Assembly: GCA_964592085.1 (NCBI GenBank)
Contig: CAZQDO010000002.1
Location: 1-40,634, forward strand
Reading direction: 5' to 3'
Origin: an uncultured Anaerolineae bacterium
GTDB taxonomy: Bacteria; Chloroflexota; Anaerolineae; VGOG01
DNA length: 40,634 nucleotides
The notes under the pieces are model-generated. The model had not been told where the DNA came from and searched no databases. It worked only from the letters and a program-made list of their open reading frames with translations. This document shows, one piece after another, positions 1-9,136 of the stretch (position 1 is the stretch's first letter; each line of letters starts with the position of its first letter). Both the position numbers and the translations under genes were made by a program.

Positions 1-1
1 G

Positions 2-193
2 GTGAAGACCATTGACGAAGGGATCGAGATCCTGACGGGAGTCAAGGCCGGTGCCAGGCAAGAGGATGGAACCTTCGAAGAGGGTTCAGTGAATGACCTG
101 GTGGATGAGCGTCTGCGGGAACTGGCGGAGATGATGCGGGATTTCGGCAAGGAGGGTAAAGAGGAGGGCGAGGGAGGTGAGGAGGAGGAATGA
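2..193 (+). CDS. Lon-like ATP-dependent protease, C-terminal fragment (5' end upstream of window)
   Basis: ORF is open to the window start. The visible tail (TIDEGIEILTG...GTFEEGSVNDLVDERLRELA) resembles C-termini of Lon-like S16 proteases and is followed by an acidic E/G-rich end. Only 63 aa are visible. Confidence 0.45.
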   Translation: MKTIDEGIEILTGVKAGARQEDGTFEEGSVNDLVDERLRELAEMMRDFGKEGKEEGEGGEEEE

Positions 194-221
194 GTAACGA
201 GGCAATGAGGAGGTGTCGTCT

Positions 222-1943
222 ATGACCAAACCCATTCGGATGGAGCTTAGACAAAAGGTGTGTTTTGTTACCATAGCCTTGCTGGTGCTCATCATGGTCG
301 TGAGCCAGACGGGCCTTCTGAGACCGTCGTTGGCTTGCGCGGACGGCCCCCCATCCCTGGCTGGCCGCGTGATTGACCCACAGGGCGAGCCAGTGCGCGG
401 CGCAGAGGTGGCCGCTTACCTGAACGATGCAGAGGAGCCGACCGTCGTCGGCGAGAGCCAGCCCGATGGTGTCTTCATGCTCGACCTGCCCGATGACGCC
501 ATAGACTCGCTGCGGGTGGAGATCGAGCGTCCCCACTTTACGGCGACCGCGTGGGTAGCCGGGGCTGACGACCTGGCCCACCTTCGCCAGGGCAACACCC
601 TGCGGTTGCCCGACATCACCCTGGAGCGGCGGCTGACCCTGGGCTTCTGGATAGCGACGCTGACCTTCGTGGCCATCCTGCTGCTCATCGCCCTGGAGAA
701 GCTGCACAACGCCATGGCCGCGCTGTTGGGTGTGGCAGTGGTGCTGGGCACCAGCTTCGTGGGCGGCGCCATCCGCCCCGATCTGTTCATCTTCGACTTT
801 GAACGTGCCATCGAATACGTGAACTTTGATGTGATCTTTCTGGTGATGGGCATGATGATCGTCATCGGCGTCATCGAGGAGACGGGCATCTTCCAATGGC
901 TGGCTTACCAGGCCTATCGTCTCTCTGGTGGGCGGGCCTGGCTGCTGGTGGTCATTCTGATGATCATCACTGCCGTGGCCTCCGCGCTGCTGGACAACAT
1001 GACCACCATGCTGCTCATGACGCCCATGACCATCCAGATCGCGCTGGCGGTGGGCATCAATCCGCTGTCGCTGTTGATGCCGGAAGTGCTGGCCTCCAAC
1101 GTGGGCGGCATCAGCACCCTCATCGGCACGCCGACTAACATCCTCATTGGCTCCTACGCCGGCTTCACCTTCAACGACTTTCTCGTCAACCTGACGCCAG
1201 GCGTGGTGCTGGCCCTGGTCGCCCTGACGGTCTACGTCCTGGTCTATTATCGCCGGCAACTGCTGACTCAGGGCGACGGATTGTCGGAGGCCCTGCTGGA
1301 GCGACTGAAGGAGAGTGGGCGCATCACCCAGCCCCAGAAGCTCACCAAAGCGGGCATTGTGTTCGCTGTGATGCTGATCTTCTTCGTCATCGGCGAGCGC
1401 ATCCACCTGGTGCCAGCGGTGACGGCCATCCTGGGCGCGGTGGCTATGCTGATGTGGGTCACGCCCGATATCGAGGGAATGTTGAAAGTGGTGGACTGGA
1501 CGACGCTGATGTTCTTCATCGCCTTGTTTATGCTCGTCGGCGCCATCCAGGAGGTGGGGCTCATCAGCCTCATCGCTGCTGGAATCAAAGCGGTGGTGGG
1601 CGAGAACCTGTCAGTTGCGCTGCTGGTGCTGGTCTGGGCGGGGGCTATCCTATCAGGCGTCATTGCCAACATCCCCTTCACGGCGGCCATGCTGCCTGTA
1701 GTCGGCTTTCTCACGCGCACGGTGCCGGGTGCGGGGAGCAAAGTGCTATTCTACGGACTGTCGGTGGGATCGGCTCTGGGGGGCAACAGCTCCCTCATCG
1801 GCGCTTCGGCCAACCTGGTGACGGCCGGCATCGCCGAGCGGGCAGGGTATCCCATCACTTACAGGAACTTCATGAAAGTCGGTTTCCCGGCTATGATCGT
1901 CACCGTGGCTGTCGGGACACTGTGGCTCTTTATCCGTTTTTAG
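222..1943 (+). CDS. ArsB/NhaD-superfamily (CitMHS/SLC13-like) permease with an N-terminal carboxypeptidase-regulatory-like domain
   Basis: The 576-aa ORF begins at GTG 213, but GAGGAGG at 207-213 favours ATG 222. It has an N-terminal TM/signal helix, then a GRVIDPQGEPVRGAEV beta-sandwich-type motif. About 10 hydrophobic helices follow, with permease-like motifs (SALLDNMTT, IANIPFTAAMLPV, SSLIGASANLV). Confidence 0.65.
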   Translation: MTKPIRMELRQKVCFVTIALLVLIMVVSQTGLLRPSLACADGPPSLAGRVIDPQGEPVRGAEVAAYLNDAEEPTVVGESQPDGVFMLDLPDDAIDSLRVEIERPHFTATAWVAGADDLAHLRQGNTLRLPDITLERRLTLGFWIATLTFVAILLLIALEKLHNAMAALLGVAVVLGTSFVGGAIRPDLFIFDFERAIEYVNFDVIFLVMGMMIVIGVIEETGIFQWLAYQAYRLSGGRAWLLVVILMIITAVASALLDNMTTMLLMTPMTIQIALAVGINPLSLLMPEVLASNVGGISTLIGTPTNILIGSYAGFTFNDFLVNLTPGVVLALVALTVYVLVYYRRQLLTQGDGLSEALLERLKESGRITQPQKLTKAGIVFAVMLIFFVIGERIHLVPAVTAILGAVAMLMWVTPDIEGMLKVVDWTTLMFFIALFMLVGAIQEVGLISLIAAGIKAVVGENLSVALLVLVWAGAILSGVIANIPFTAAMLPVVGFLTRTVPGAGSKVLFYGLSVGSALGGNSSLIGASANLVTAGIAERAGYPITYRNFMKVGFPAMIVTVAVGTLWLFIRF

Positions 1944-1953
1944 GGAGGTTACT

Positions 1954-2379
1954 ATGGGCAAAATCTTATGTGCCACCCGTGGCGGCGAGGCCAGTTACCG
2001 CACCCAGGACGCGGCCATCGCCCTGGCCCAGGAGCGTGGCGACGAGTTGTTATTCCTCTTCGTAGTGGATACCCGTTTTCTGGACAAGGGGAGGCGTGCT
2101 GTCCGCCCCGATGTGGTGGCCGAGGAGATGGGCCACATGGGCGAGTTTCTATTGACCATGGCCCAGGAGCGAGCCCAAAAGCAGGGGGTAGCCGCCGATT
2201 ACCTGCTCCGTCGTGGCAGGTTCCGTGACGAGTTGAAGGCGGCGGCTCGTGAGGAAGGCGTTGGCCTGGTGGTTTTGGGCCGGCCGTCCGGTGAGGAAAG
2301 CGCCTTCGTGCCAGCCGACCTGCAAGCCTTTGCGGCTGAAATCGAGGCTGAGACGGGCGTAGAAGCTGTTATCGTGTGA
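1954..2379 (+). CDS. universal stress protein (UspA-family, adenine-nucleotide alpha-hydrolase fold)
   Basis: 141 aa. N-terminal KILCATRGGEAS, central LLFLFVVD and C-terminal GLVVLGRPSG fit the USP pattern. The ORF starts 10 nt after the upstream stop. Confidence 0.7.
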   Translation: MGKILCATRGGEASYRTQDAAIALAQERGDELLFLFVVDTRFLDKGRRAVRPDVVAEEMGHMGEFLLTMAQERAQKQGVAADYLLRRGRFRDELKAAAREEGVGLVVLGRPSGEESAFVPADLQAFAAEIEAETGVEAVIV

Positions 2380-2403
2380 TCGTCTCCATAAGCTCAGAGA
2401 GGC

Positions 2404-2433
2404 CAGGGGCGGCCGGTTGGAACCGCCTCTGGA
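2404..2433 (+). terminator. hairpin downstream of USP gene (no U-tract)
   Basis: CCAGGGGCGG (2404-2413) pairs with CCGCCTCTGG (2424-2433), including one G-U pair, around a 10-nt loop. Confidence 0.3.
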
Positions 2434-2504
2434 GAGCATTCCGTGCCCTCACTGGTGCGAGTTTCATCGCCATCCAAATTAAGGTGGAAGAGGGGTGATT
2501 GAGT

Positions 2505-3254
2505 ATGCAAGACCCATTCTGGCATGTGGCCTTCTACGGTGGCTTTGCAGGATTAGCTACGCTGGCCGGAATCTACATCGTGTTGACGAGAGAAGCATGG
2601 GCGCGCCGGAGCTCCATCTATCTCATCAGCTTTGCTTCTGGCGCATTGCTGGCGGCTTCTCTGCTGGACATCCTTCCCGAATCCCTGGAGTTGAATGAGA
2701 ACGCCGTGATCTACGCCCTGCTGAGCTTCCTGGCCTTCTACGTCCTGGAGCAGAACGTGGTGGTGCACGCTGGCCACGAGGATCCGGACTGCTCTGAGGA
2801 GAGCGAGATGCACCATCGGCATACGTTGGGAGTGATTTCTTTCCTGGGCATCGGCTTTCACTCCCTTCTCGATGGAGTGATCATTGGCGCTGGTTTCGCG
2901 GACAGTGCCGTCACCGGCATCATCGCCACTGTCGGCGTGATCCTGCACGAGTTTCCGGAGGGCCTCTCTATGATGGCCATCCTCCTCCATGCCGGGCTGA
3001 CCCGGTCCAGGGCGCTGACCTATTCCGTCGTGGTGGCTTTGGCCACACCGGTAGGGGCCATTGTTTCCTACGTGGCCCTGCAGGGAATCAGGGCGGAGGT
3101 ATTAGGAGGGCTGCTGGGCATAGCGGCAGGCTCTTTCTTGTATATTGCCGCTTCGGACCTCATCCCGGAAACCCGGCGCCAGTCCAGCCCCTACAACGTC
3201 CCCCTGGTCATCGGGGGGATGGCGGTTTTGTTTGTGTTGAAGCTGATGTTGTGA
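2505..3254 (+). CDS. ZIP-family divalent metal (Zn/Fe) transporter, copy 1
   Basis: HEFPEGLSMMAILL signature helix, a His-rich cytosolic loop (HAGHEDPDCSEESEMHHRH), and 7-8 TM helices. The ORF opens at TTG 2499; the first ATG is at 2505. Confidence 0.8.
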   Translation: MQDPFWHVAFYGGFAGLATLAGIYIVLTREAWARRSSIYLISFASGALLAASLLDILPESLELNENAVIYALLSFLAFYVLEQNVVVHAGHEDPDCSEESEMHHRHTLGVISFLGIGFHSLLDGVIIGAGFADSAVTGIIATVGVILHEFPEGLSMMAILLHAGLTRSRALTYSVVVALATPVGAIVSYVALQGIRAEVLGGLLGIAAGSFLYIAASDLIPETRRQSSPYNVPLVIGGMAVLFVLKLML

Positions 3255-3265
3255 GCCTGGGGTAA

Positions 3266-3372
3266 CTGTTCACCCTCTCGCAGGTTCAGAGGTGGTTCTT
3301 TGGCAGAAACAGGCTGCAACATCGAATTTGAGGTGTTGAGCAAACCATTTGCGAACCTGCGGGAGGGTAGGC
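3266..3372 (+). mobile_element. MITE-like inverted-repeat element, copy 1 (most diverged)
   Basis: Left end CTGTTCACCCTCTCGCAGGTT and right end AACCTGCGGGAGGGTAGGC are inverted repeats. The termini match those at 17166-17278 and 26845-26960. Confidence 0.6.
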
Positions 3373-3422
3373 CTAAAGCTTGCACTGATGGTCAGTGCAC
3401 TGGCTTGAAGGAGGAGCATATC

Positions 3423-4421
3423 ATGTTAGGGCCATTCAGGTCCATCACACTGGGAATCATCGTCACCGTCACCCTCGCACTTGCAGCTTGCGGCGGGGCG
3501 GGCGATGAGGACACCCGCCATTTCAGGATTGGTCTGGTGACCAACAATCCAAATGGCCTCATAAACGTTCAGGGCTTCAGGGACGAGATGGCAGAACTCG
3601 GCTACGTCGAAGGGGAGAATGTCACCTACGTGTTCGCAGGACACCCGACGCAGGGCGACGAGCTCGACGCCGTGCTCGAAAGCCTGGTTGCCGCAAAGGT
3701 TGACCTGATTTTCACGGCCGGCACACCAACGGGCGTCGCTGCTCATCGCATCACGGAGGGAACGAACGTGCCCGTTGTCTTTGGCGTCATCGCCGACCCG
3801 ATAGCGGCGGGTGTTATGGAAGATCTGGCCAGGCCCGGTGGCAACATGACCGGCGTGAAAATCAGCGAGAATCAGGCCCGGCGCCTGGAACTGCTGCTGG
3901 AAATCGCGCCAGGTGTCCAACGGGTCTTTGTTCCTTACAACCCTGAGGATGCAGCCCCAACTAGCGCCGCAGCACAGCTCAACGAGATTGCCCCTGGCCT
4001 CGGTGTGGAAATTGTGGAGGGCCATGCTCGGAATGATGATGAGGTCACTGAATTACTTCACAGTATCCCCCAGGATGTGGACGCCATCTTTATGCTCCCT
4101 GATAGCACGGTCAATGCACGCCTGGCCGATCTTGTAGCCATTGCTCTTGACCGGAAGCTGCCCGTCTCGGGGCCGAGCATGGTCCAGGTTGAGGGGGGCG
4201 CACTGACCGCTTATGGGATCATCCACTATAAAGCGGGGGCACAAGCTGCCCACATTGCTGACCGGGTTCTGAAAGGCGCTGATCCTGGCGGATTGCCTGT
4301 CGAGACAGCCGAATTCTACCTGGGCATTAACCTCCAGACGGCTGAGGCCATTGGGCTTGAAGTCCCGTATGAGATTCTGCAGCAGGCCGAAACCATCATT
4401 CGCGCTGAAGAGCAAGAATAG
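3423..4421 (+). CDS. ABC-transporter-type solute-binding lipoprotein (ABC_sub_bind-like); no permease or ATPase genes adjacent
   Basis: ATG 3423 follows AAGGAGGAG. There is a lipoprotein signal with a lipobox (TLALAACGG). FRIGLVTNNPNG..., DLIFTAGTP and VPVVFGVIADP fit the periplasmic-binding fold. The 3300-3422 ORF extension runs through the MITE and is rejected. Confidence 0.65.
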   Translation: MLGPFRSITLGIIVTVTLALAACGGAGDEDTRHFRIGLVTNNPNGLINVQGFRDEMAELGYVEGENVTYVFAGHPTQGDELDAVLESLVAAKVDLIFTAGTPTGVAAHRITEGTNVPVVFGVIADPIAAGVMEDLARPGGNMTGVKISENQARRLELLLEIAPGVQRVFVPYNPEDAAPTSAAAQLNEIAPGLGVEIVEGHARNDDEVTELLHSIPQDVDAIFMLPDSTVNARLADLVAIALDRKLPVSGPSMVQVEGGALTAYGIIHYKAGAQAAHIADRVLKGADPGGLPVETAEFYLGINLQTAEAIGLEVPYEILQQAETIIRAEEQE

Positions 4422-4440
4422 CAAGTTGAGGAGAACCTGT

Positions 4441-7400
4441 ATGCTCAAAAGCTTGCGCTTTCGATTTACGCTGATCTTCATTGGCTTAGCCATAGGCCCA
4501 TTGATTCTCGTGGGGGCCATCACTGGACAGCGCAGTTTTGCCAGCCTCGAAGGACAGAGCCTGGCATTGCAGCGCGAGATTGCAGCGAGCGTGGGAAGCC
4601 AGGTCAGGGCCTTTGTCGAGGGACGGATGAGCGAGCTCGTTCTTCTCGACAAGGTGTACGGATTAGGAGTGCGTGAACTCGATGAGCAACGGGCGATACT
4701 GAGCAACGTCTTGCTGTATCAGCGGGCCTATCAAGAGGTAGCGCTGCTTAACCTGGAAGGACAGGAGCGAATTCGACTGTCCCGCACCAATGTCATTCTG
4801 GGCGATGATCTCCAGAGCCGGGCTGGAAATACGGAATACCTGTGGCCAGCTACACGTGGCGAGACCTATTTCAGCCCGGTTCGCTTCGACGAAACGATTC
4901 GAGAGCCGCTGATTACGATTTCCGTTCACCTGTTTGACCAGCACAGCGGAGAGGTCGTATCCGTATTGGTGGCCGACTTGAGGTTCAAGAAGATCTGGGA
5001 ACTGCTGGCCATGATTGAATTGGCGGATAAGGGCGATGCCTACGTCGTTGATCAGGCGGGGCGGATCGTCGCGCACAGGAGCCCGACTGTCGTTTTAGGT
5101 GGCACCACGATAGATCTTCCAGAGGCGGATGGCCGTGCAGAGGGCTTGTCTGGAGCGGAGGTCATCGTCGCCAGAGACATCCTTCAGTTTGGCAATCAGG
5201 AGCTTATCGTCCTCGCCGAGCAACCCGTTTCGACCGCCCTCGAACTGGCTGTCAATAGCTTGCGGGTTACGGTGGCTGCCACATCGGTGGCCTTTGGGTT
5301 GGCGGTTATTCTCGTTGTGTTGACGACTCGTCAAATCATCAGGCCGATTGAGACGCTGGCCACCTCTGTGCACGCTATCAGCGACGGTGACTTTTCCCGT
5401 CGAGTGGCAGTTCCCCCGTTCCAGGATGAGATCGCTGACCTGGCGCGCTCTTTCAATTCCATGGCTCGCGCCTTGCAGGAGCGGGAAGAGACGTTACAGG
5501 CGCAGAATGAGGCACTGCAGGCTGAGATTGCCGACCGCAAGCGGGCAGAGGAGGCATTGCGAATCAGTGAAGAGCGGTTTGCCCTGGCCGTGCGCGGCTC
5601 GAATGATGGCTTGTGGGATTGGGACATTCTAAACGACTCGCTCTACTGGTCTCCGCGTTTGAAGGAGTTGCTTGGGTATGCTGAAGATGAACTCGACGTT
5701 GACTTTAGCACGTTTGAATCACATCTGCATCCAGATGACAGAGGGCGCACGAAAGCAGCCATAGAAGCCCATTTGAAGGATCGGGGGCTGTACGACGTCG
5801 AGCAGCGGCTACGCACCAAATCGGGTGAGTATCGTTGCTTCCGTGCCCGGGGCCAGGCGCTTTGGGACGAGGACGGAAATCCCCTTCGCATGGTTGGTTC
5901 CACCACCGATATAACCGAGCGCAAGCGGGTGGAGGAAGAGATCAAAACCAAAAACCAGTTTTTGGAGAGTCTCATCGAGCAATCACCACTTCCAACTTTT
6001 GTGATAGACTCGGGGGGAATTTGCGTGATGGTCAACAAAGCATTTCTGAAGGCCTACCATGTTCCCCAAAAAGAGATGGTTCTGGGACACAATGCTCTAA
6101 CAGAACCTGCGAACGTGCGCCAGGGCGTGGTCAAGTACATGAAGGAGGCTTTGGGCGGGAAAATAGTTGAAACACCCGAAATGGAGTTCTTTTCACCTTA
6201 TGGAAACAAAAGGACGGTGACAAGAAGCAGGTTATTCCCAATATTTGATACAACCAACCAGCTAACCAATGTTGTCGTGATGCATGAGGATGTCACCGAG
6301 CACAAGCGGGTGAAGGAGGCTTTGGGAGAATCTCACGAAAGGTTTCTCACCGTCGTAGACAGTATTGACGCGCACGTTTATGCTGCCGATATGGAGACCT
6401 ATGAGATCCTGTTCATGAATAGGAAGATGCGAGACGACTTCGGCGGCGATCTGGTCGGGAAAATCTGCTGGGATGTGTTCCGTGGCGATTCTAAGCCTTG
6501 TAGTCACTGTACCAATGACAAGCTGATTGACGCTGACGGCAACCCTACGGGAGTACATATCTGGGAAGGACACAACCCAATCACCGAAAGATGGTACATG
6601 AACTATGATCGAGCTATCAAGTGGATTGATGGCCGTCTTGTCCGATTGCAGATCGCCACGGACATCACCGAGCGCAAGCGGGCGGAGGAGGCGCTACGAC
6701 AGTACACTACTCAGTTAGAGGCGCTGCGAGGGATGGGTCTGGAACTGACCTCTCAGTTGGACCTCAACGCTCTCCTCCGCTCCGTCGTCTCGTGGGCCGT
6801 CGAACTGCTGAGGGGCGTCTCTGGCAGCTTCTACCTCTACCGACCGGACCTGGATGCACTGGAGCTGACTGTTTCCATAGGTATCGAGTCGGAGCCTAGC
6901 AATCAGCTCCTCCTCCACCGGGGTGAGGGCCTCTCCGGTAAGGTCCTGGAAACTGGCGAATCGCTCATTGTGGACGACTATCAACACTGGGAGGGGCGGG
7001 CAACCGCGTGGGAGGGCTACTCCTTCACGGCAGTCGTGGCCGTGCCGGTTCGCTGGGGAGATCAGTTCCTGGGGGTGCTGAACGTTGATGCAGATTCCCC
7101 GCACGCCTTCTGTCCGGCGGACATTGAACTGCTGGACTTGTTCGCCACCCAGGCGGCTATCGCCATCCGCAACGCCCGGCTGTACGAGGTGGCTCAGCAA
7201 GAAATAGCCGAGCGCAAGCAAGCAGAGGACAAGCTGAAGGGGTACTCGCAGCGGTTGGAGGAGATGGTGGAGGAGCGCACCCAGGAGCTCCGAGATGCCC
7301 ACGAGCGACTGATGCGCAGGGAGAAACTGGCCATCATGGGCCAACTGGCCGGCGGGGTAGCCCACGAACTGCGCAACCCATTGGGGACGATCTCCAATGC

Positions 7401-7980
7401 CACGTACTACCTCAAGATGGTCCTTCCCGATGCTGAAGAGACCGTCAAGGAGTACCTGGATATGATCATTCAAACGGTCCGCGACTCAGACAAGATCATC
7501 TCCGATCTGCTGGATTTCTCGCGCACCAGGATTCCCGATAGGGAGAAGGTGGCGGTCTCTGAGCTGGTGGCCCAGGTGTTGGAGCAACGACCTCCCCCTG
7601 AGAGGGTGGAAGTGATTGCCCAGATTGCGTCGGACCTGCCCCCGGTGTACGTAGACCGTCATCAGATGTGCCAGGTGTTAGGTAACCTGGTGACCAATGC
7701 CTACCAGTCCATGCCAGAGGGTGGCGACCTGACCATTAGCGCTCAGGCACAGGAGGGGGCAGTCGCTCTTTTGTTAGCAGATACCGGCGTTGGTATCTCT
7801 GAAGAAAATATGGCTAAGCTGTTCGAGCCGCTGTTCACCACCAGGGCCAAGGGGCTCGGGCTGGGGTTGATGGTGGTCAAGACTTTGGTGGAAGGCAACG
7901 GGGGGAGCATAGAGGTCGAGAGCGAGGAGGGGAAGGGGAGCACGTTCACGGTGAGGTTGCCGGTGGCGGGCTATCGGTGA
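4441..7980 (+). CDS. large sensor histidine kinase: TM - extracytoplasmic sensor - TM - HAMP - coiled coil - 3x PAS - GAF - HisKA - HATPase_c
   Basis: ATG 4441 gives MLKSLRFRFTLIFIGLAIGPLIL (TM1). HAMP lies around IIRPIETLA...DEIADLARSFNSMA. TDITERKR-type PAS boundaries repeat at least three times. The GAF has GEGLSGKVLETGES. The H-box is HELRNPLG; the N/G boxes are NLVTNAYQS and DTGVGI...GLGLGL. There is no receiver domain and no response regulator next to it. Confidence 0.85.
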   Translation: MLKSLRFRFTLIFIGLAIGPLILVGAITGQRSFASLEGQSLALQREIAASVGSQVRAFVEGRMSELVLLDKVYGLGVRELDEQRAILSNVLLYQRAYQEVALLNLEGQERIRLSRTNVILGDDLQSRAGNTEYLWPATRGETYFSPVRFDETIREPLITISVHLFDQHSGEVVSVLVADLRFKKIWELLAMIELADKGDAYVVDQAGRIVAHRSPTVVLGGTTIDLPEADGRAEGLSGAEVIVARDILQFGNQELIVLAEQPVSTALELAVNSLRVTVAATSVAFGLAVILVVLTTRQIIRPIETLATSVHAISDGDFSRRVAVPPFQDEIADLARSFNSMARALQEREETLQAQNEALQAEIADRKRAEEALRISEERFALAVRGSNDGLWDWDILNDSLYWSPRLKELLGYAEDELDVDFSTFESHLHPDDRGRTKAAIEAHLKDRGLYDVEQRLRTKSGEYRCFRARGQALWDEDGNPLRMVGSTTDITERKRVEEEIKTKNQFLESLIEQSPLPTFVIDSGGICVMVNKAFLKAYHVPQKEMVLGHNALTEPANVRQGVVKYMKEALGGKIVETPEMEFFSPYGNKRTVTRSRLFPIFDTTNQLTNVVVMHEDVTEHKRVKEALGESHERFLTVVDSIDAHVYAADMETYEILFMNRKMRDDFGGDLVGKICWDVFRGDSKPCSHCTNDKLIDADGNPTGVHIWEGHNPITERWYMNYDRAIKWIDGRLVRLQIATDITERKRAEEALRQYTTQLEALRGMGLELTSQLDLNALLRSVVSWAVELLRGVSGSFYLYRPDLDALELTVSIGIESEPSNQLLLHRGEGLSGKVLETGESLIVDDYQHWEGRATAWEGYSFTAVVAVPVRWGDQFLGVLNVDADSPHAFCPADIELLDLFATQAAIAIRNARLYEVAQQEIAERKQAEDKLKGYSQRLEEMVEERTQELRDAHERLMRREKLAIMGQLAGGVAHELRNPLGTISNATYYLKMVLPDAEETVKEYLDMIIQTVRDSDKIISDLLDFSRTRIPDREKVAVSELVAQVLEQRPPPERVEVIAQIASDLPPVYVDRHQMCQVLGNLVTNAYQSMPEGGDLTISAQAQEGAVALLLADTGVGISEENMAKLFEPLFTTRAKGLGLGLMVVKTLVEGNGGSIEVESEEGKGSTFTVRLPVAGYR

Positions 7981-8022
7981 CCCAGCGCGGCGGTAGCGCG
8001 GCGAGATCTACCAGGAGTGTGA

Positions 8023-9105
8023 ATGGAAGCACAGTTGACGACGGATGTGACGCAGATTTCCCCCTCGCCTTTCATCACGGCAGACCTGCCTGGCATGGGC
8101 GGGGAAATGAAGGCGGAGCCGGCCCATTTCGCGGTTGAGGAGATCCCCCTGTATGAGCCAGTGGGGGAGGGCCAGCACGTCTACGTGTGTCTGACCCGCG
8201 AGGGGTGGACCACTCGCGCCCTGCAACGACGACTGGCACGTCTCTTCGGTCTGCGCGAAGTAGATGTAGGTTATGCAGGCCTGAAGGACAAGCATGCCCG
8301 CGTCACGCAAACGTTCTCTCTGCTTCTGCGAGACGTGGACGAGGCGACCGTGGCTCGCCGTATTGAGGAGAGCCTGCCGGTTGAAGTGGGATGGGTTCAG
8401 CGACATCGCAATAAGCTGAAGAGAGGGCATTTGTTGGGCAATCGCTTCCGCATCGTCGTGTTGCGCCCGGAGCCCGAAGCGCTGGCGCGGGCTGAGGCCG
8501 TCACGCAGGCGTTGCAGGCGCGCGGGCTGCCCAATTTCTACGGCCATCAGCGATTTGGAATCAACGGCGACAATGCGCGGCAAGGTCGTGAGGTGTTATT
8601 GGGACGAGGGCCGCGTGAGCGGTGGCTGAGGCGCTTCTTGCTCTCGGCGTATCAGGCGGCTTTGTTCAATGCCTGGCTGACTGAGCGCATCCGGCGCGGT
8701 TGGTTTGAGCGTTTGCTGACTGGCGACATCGCCAAGAAGACAGATACCGGCGGCCTGTTCGAGGTCGCAGATGCCCAGGTCGAGCTCGCGCGTTTCCAAG
8801 AGAGAGAGATCACCTACACCGGTCCGATCTACGGTGCGCGCATGCGTTGGGCAAGCGGCGAACCCGGCCAGTTGGAGCGGAAGATACTGGAGGACGCAGG
8901 CGTGACAATGGAGATGCTTCGTCGAGCGCGGCTGGATGGTAGTCGTCGTCCGGCCCGGCTGTTCCTGAGTGATCTTTGTATCGAGCCGCTTCCAGATGGG
9001 CTGGTGTTCGAGTTCTCGCTGCCCAAAGGGGCCTACGCGACGACCGTCTTGCGGGAGTTTATGAAAGCAGAGGTGACAGCCTTACCGGAGAAGCAGGTGG
9101 GCTAG
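8023..9105 (+). CDS. truD: tRNA pseudouridine(13) synthase TruD
   Basis: 360 aa. [25 protein letters not shown] (catalytic Asp motif GxKD) and NFYGHQRFG are TruD hallmarks. Confidence 0.85.
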   Translation: MEAQLTTDVTQISPSPFITADLPGMGGEMKAEPAHFAVEEIPLYEPVGEGQHVYVCLTREGWTTRALQRRLARLFGLREVDVGYAGLKDKHARVTQTFSLLLRDVDEATVARRIEESLPVEVGWVQRHRNKLKRGHLLGNRFRIVVLRPEPEALARAEAVTQALQARGLPNFYGHQRFGINGDNARQGREVLLGRGPRERWLRRFLLSAYQAALFNAWLTERIRRGWFERLLTGDIAKKTDTGGLFEVADAQVELARFQEREITYTGPIYGARMRWASGEPGQLERKILEDAGVTMEMLRRARLDGSRRPARLFLSDLCIEPLPDGLVFEFSLPKGAYATTVLREFMKAEVTALPEKQVG

Positions 9106-9136
9106 TTTCAGTGCGTGCTGCACAGGAGGTGCCGCC

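Noticed and set aside
42-1406. 454-aa minus-strand ORF antisense to the permease gene. Similar long antisense ORFs occur at 9650-10582, 11240-12043, 22730-23557, 23582-24319, 32521-33630 and 34971-35735.
   Set aside because: These are shadow ORFs typical of high-GC DNA. Their translations are His/Arg/Gln/Gly-rich low-complexity sequence without recognisable motifs. Each is fully covered by a strongly supported gene on the opposite strand.
3300-3422. N-terminal extension of the solute-binding protein ORF
   Set aside because: The extension is translated from the MITE-like element. A good RBS and a lipoprotein signal peptide begin at ATG 3423.
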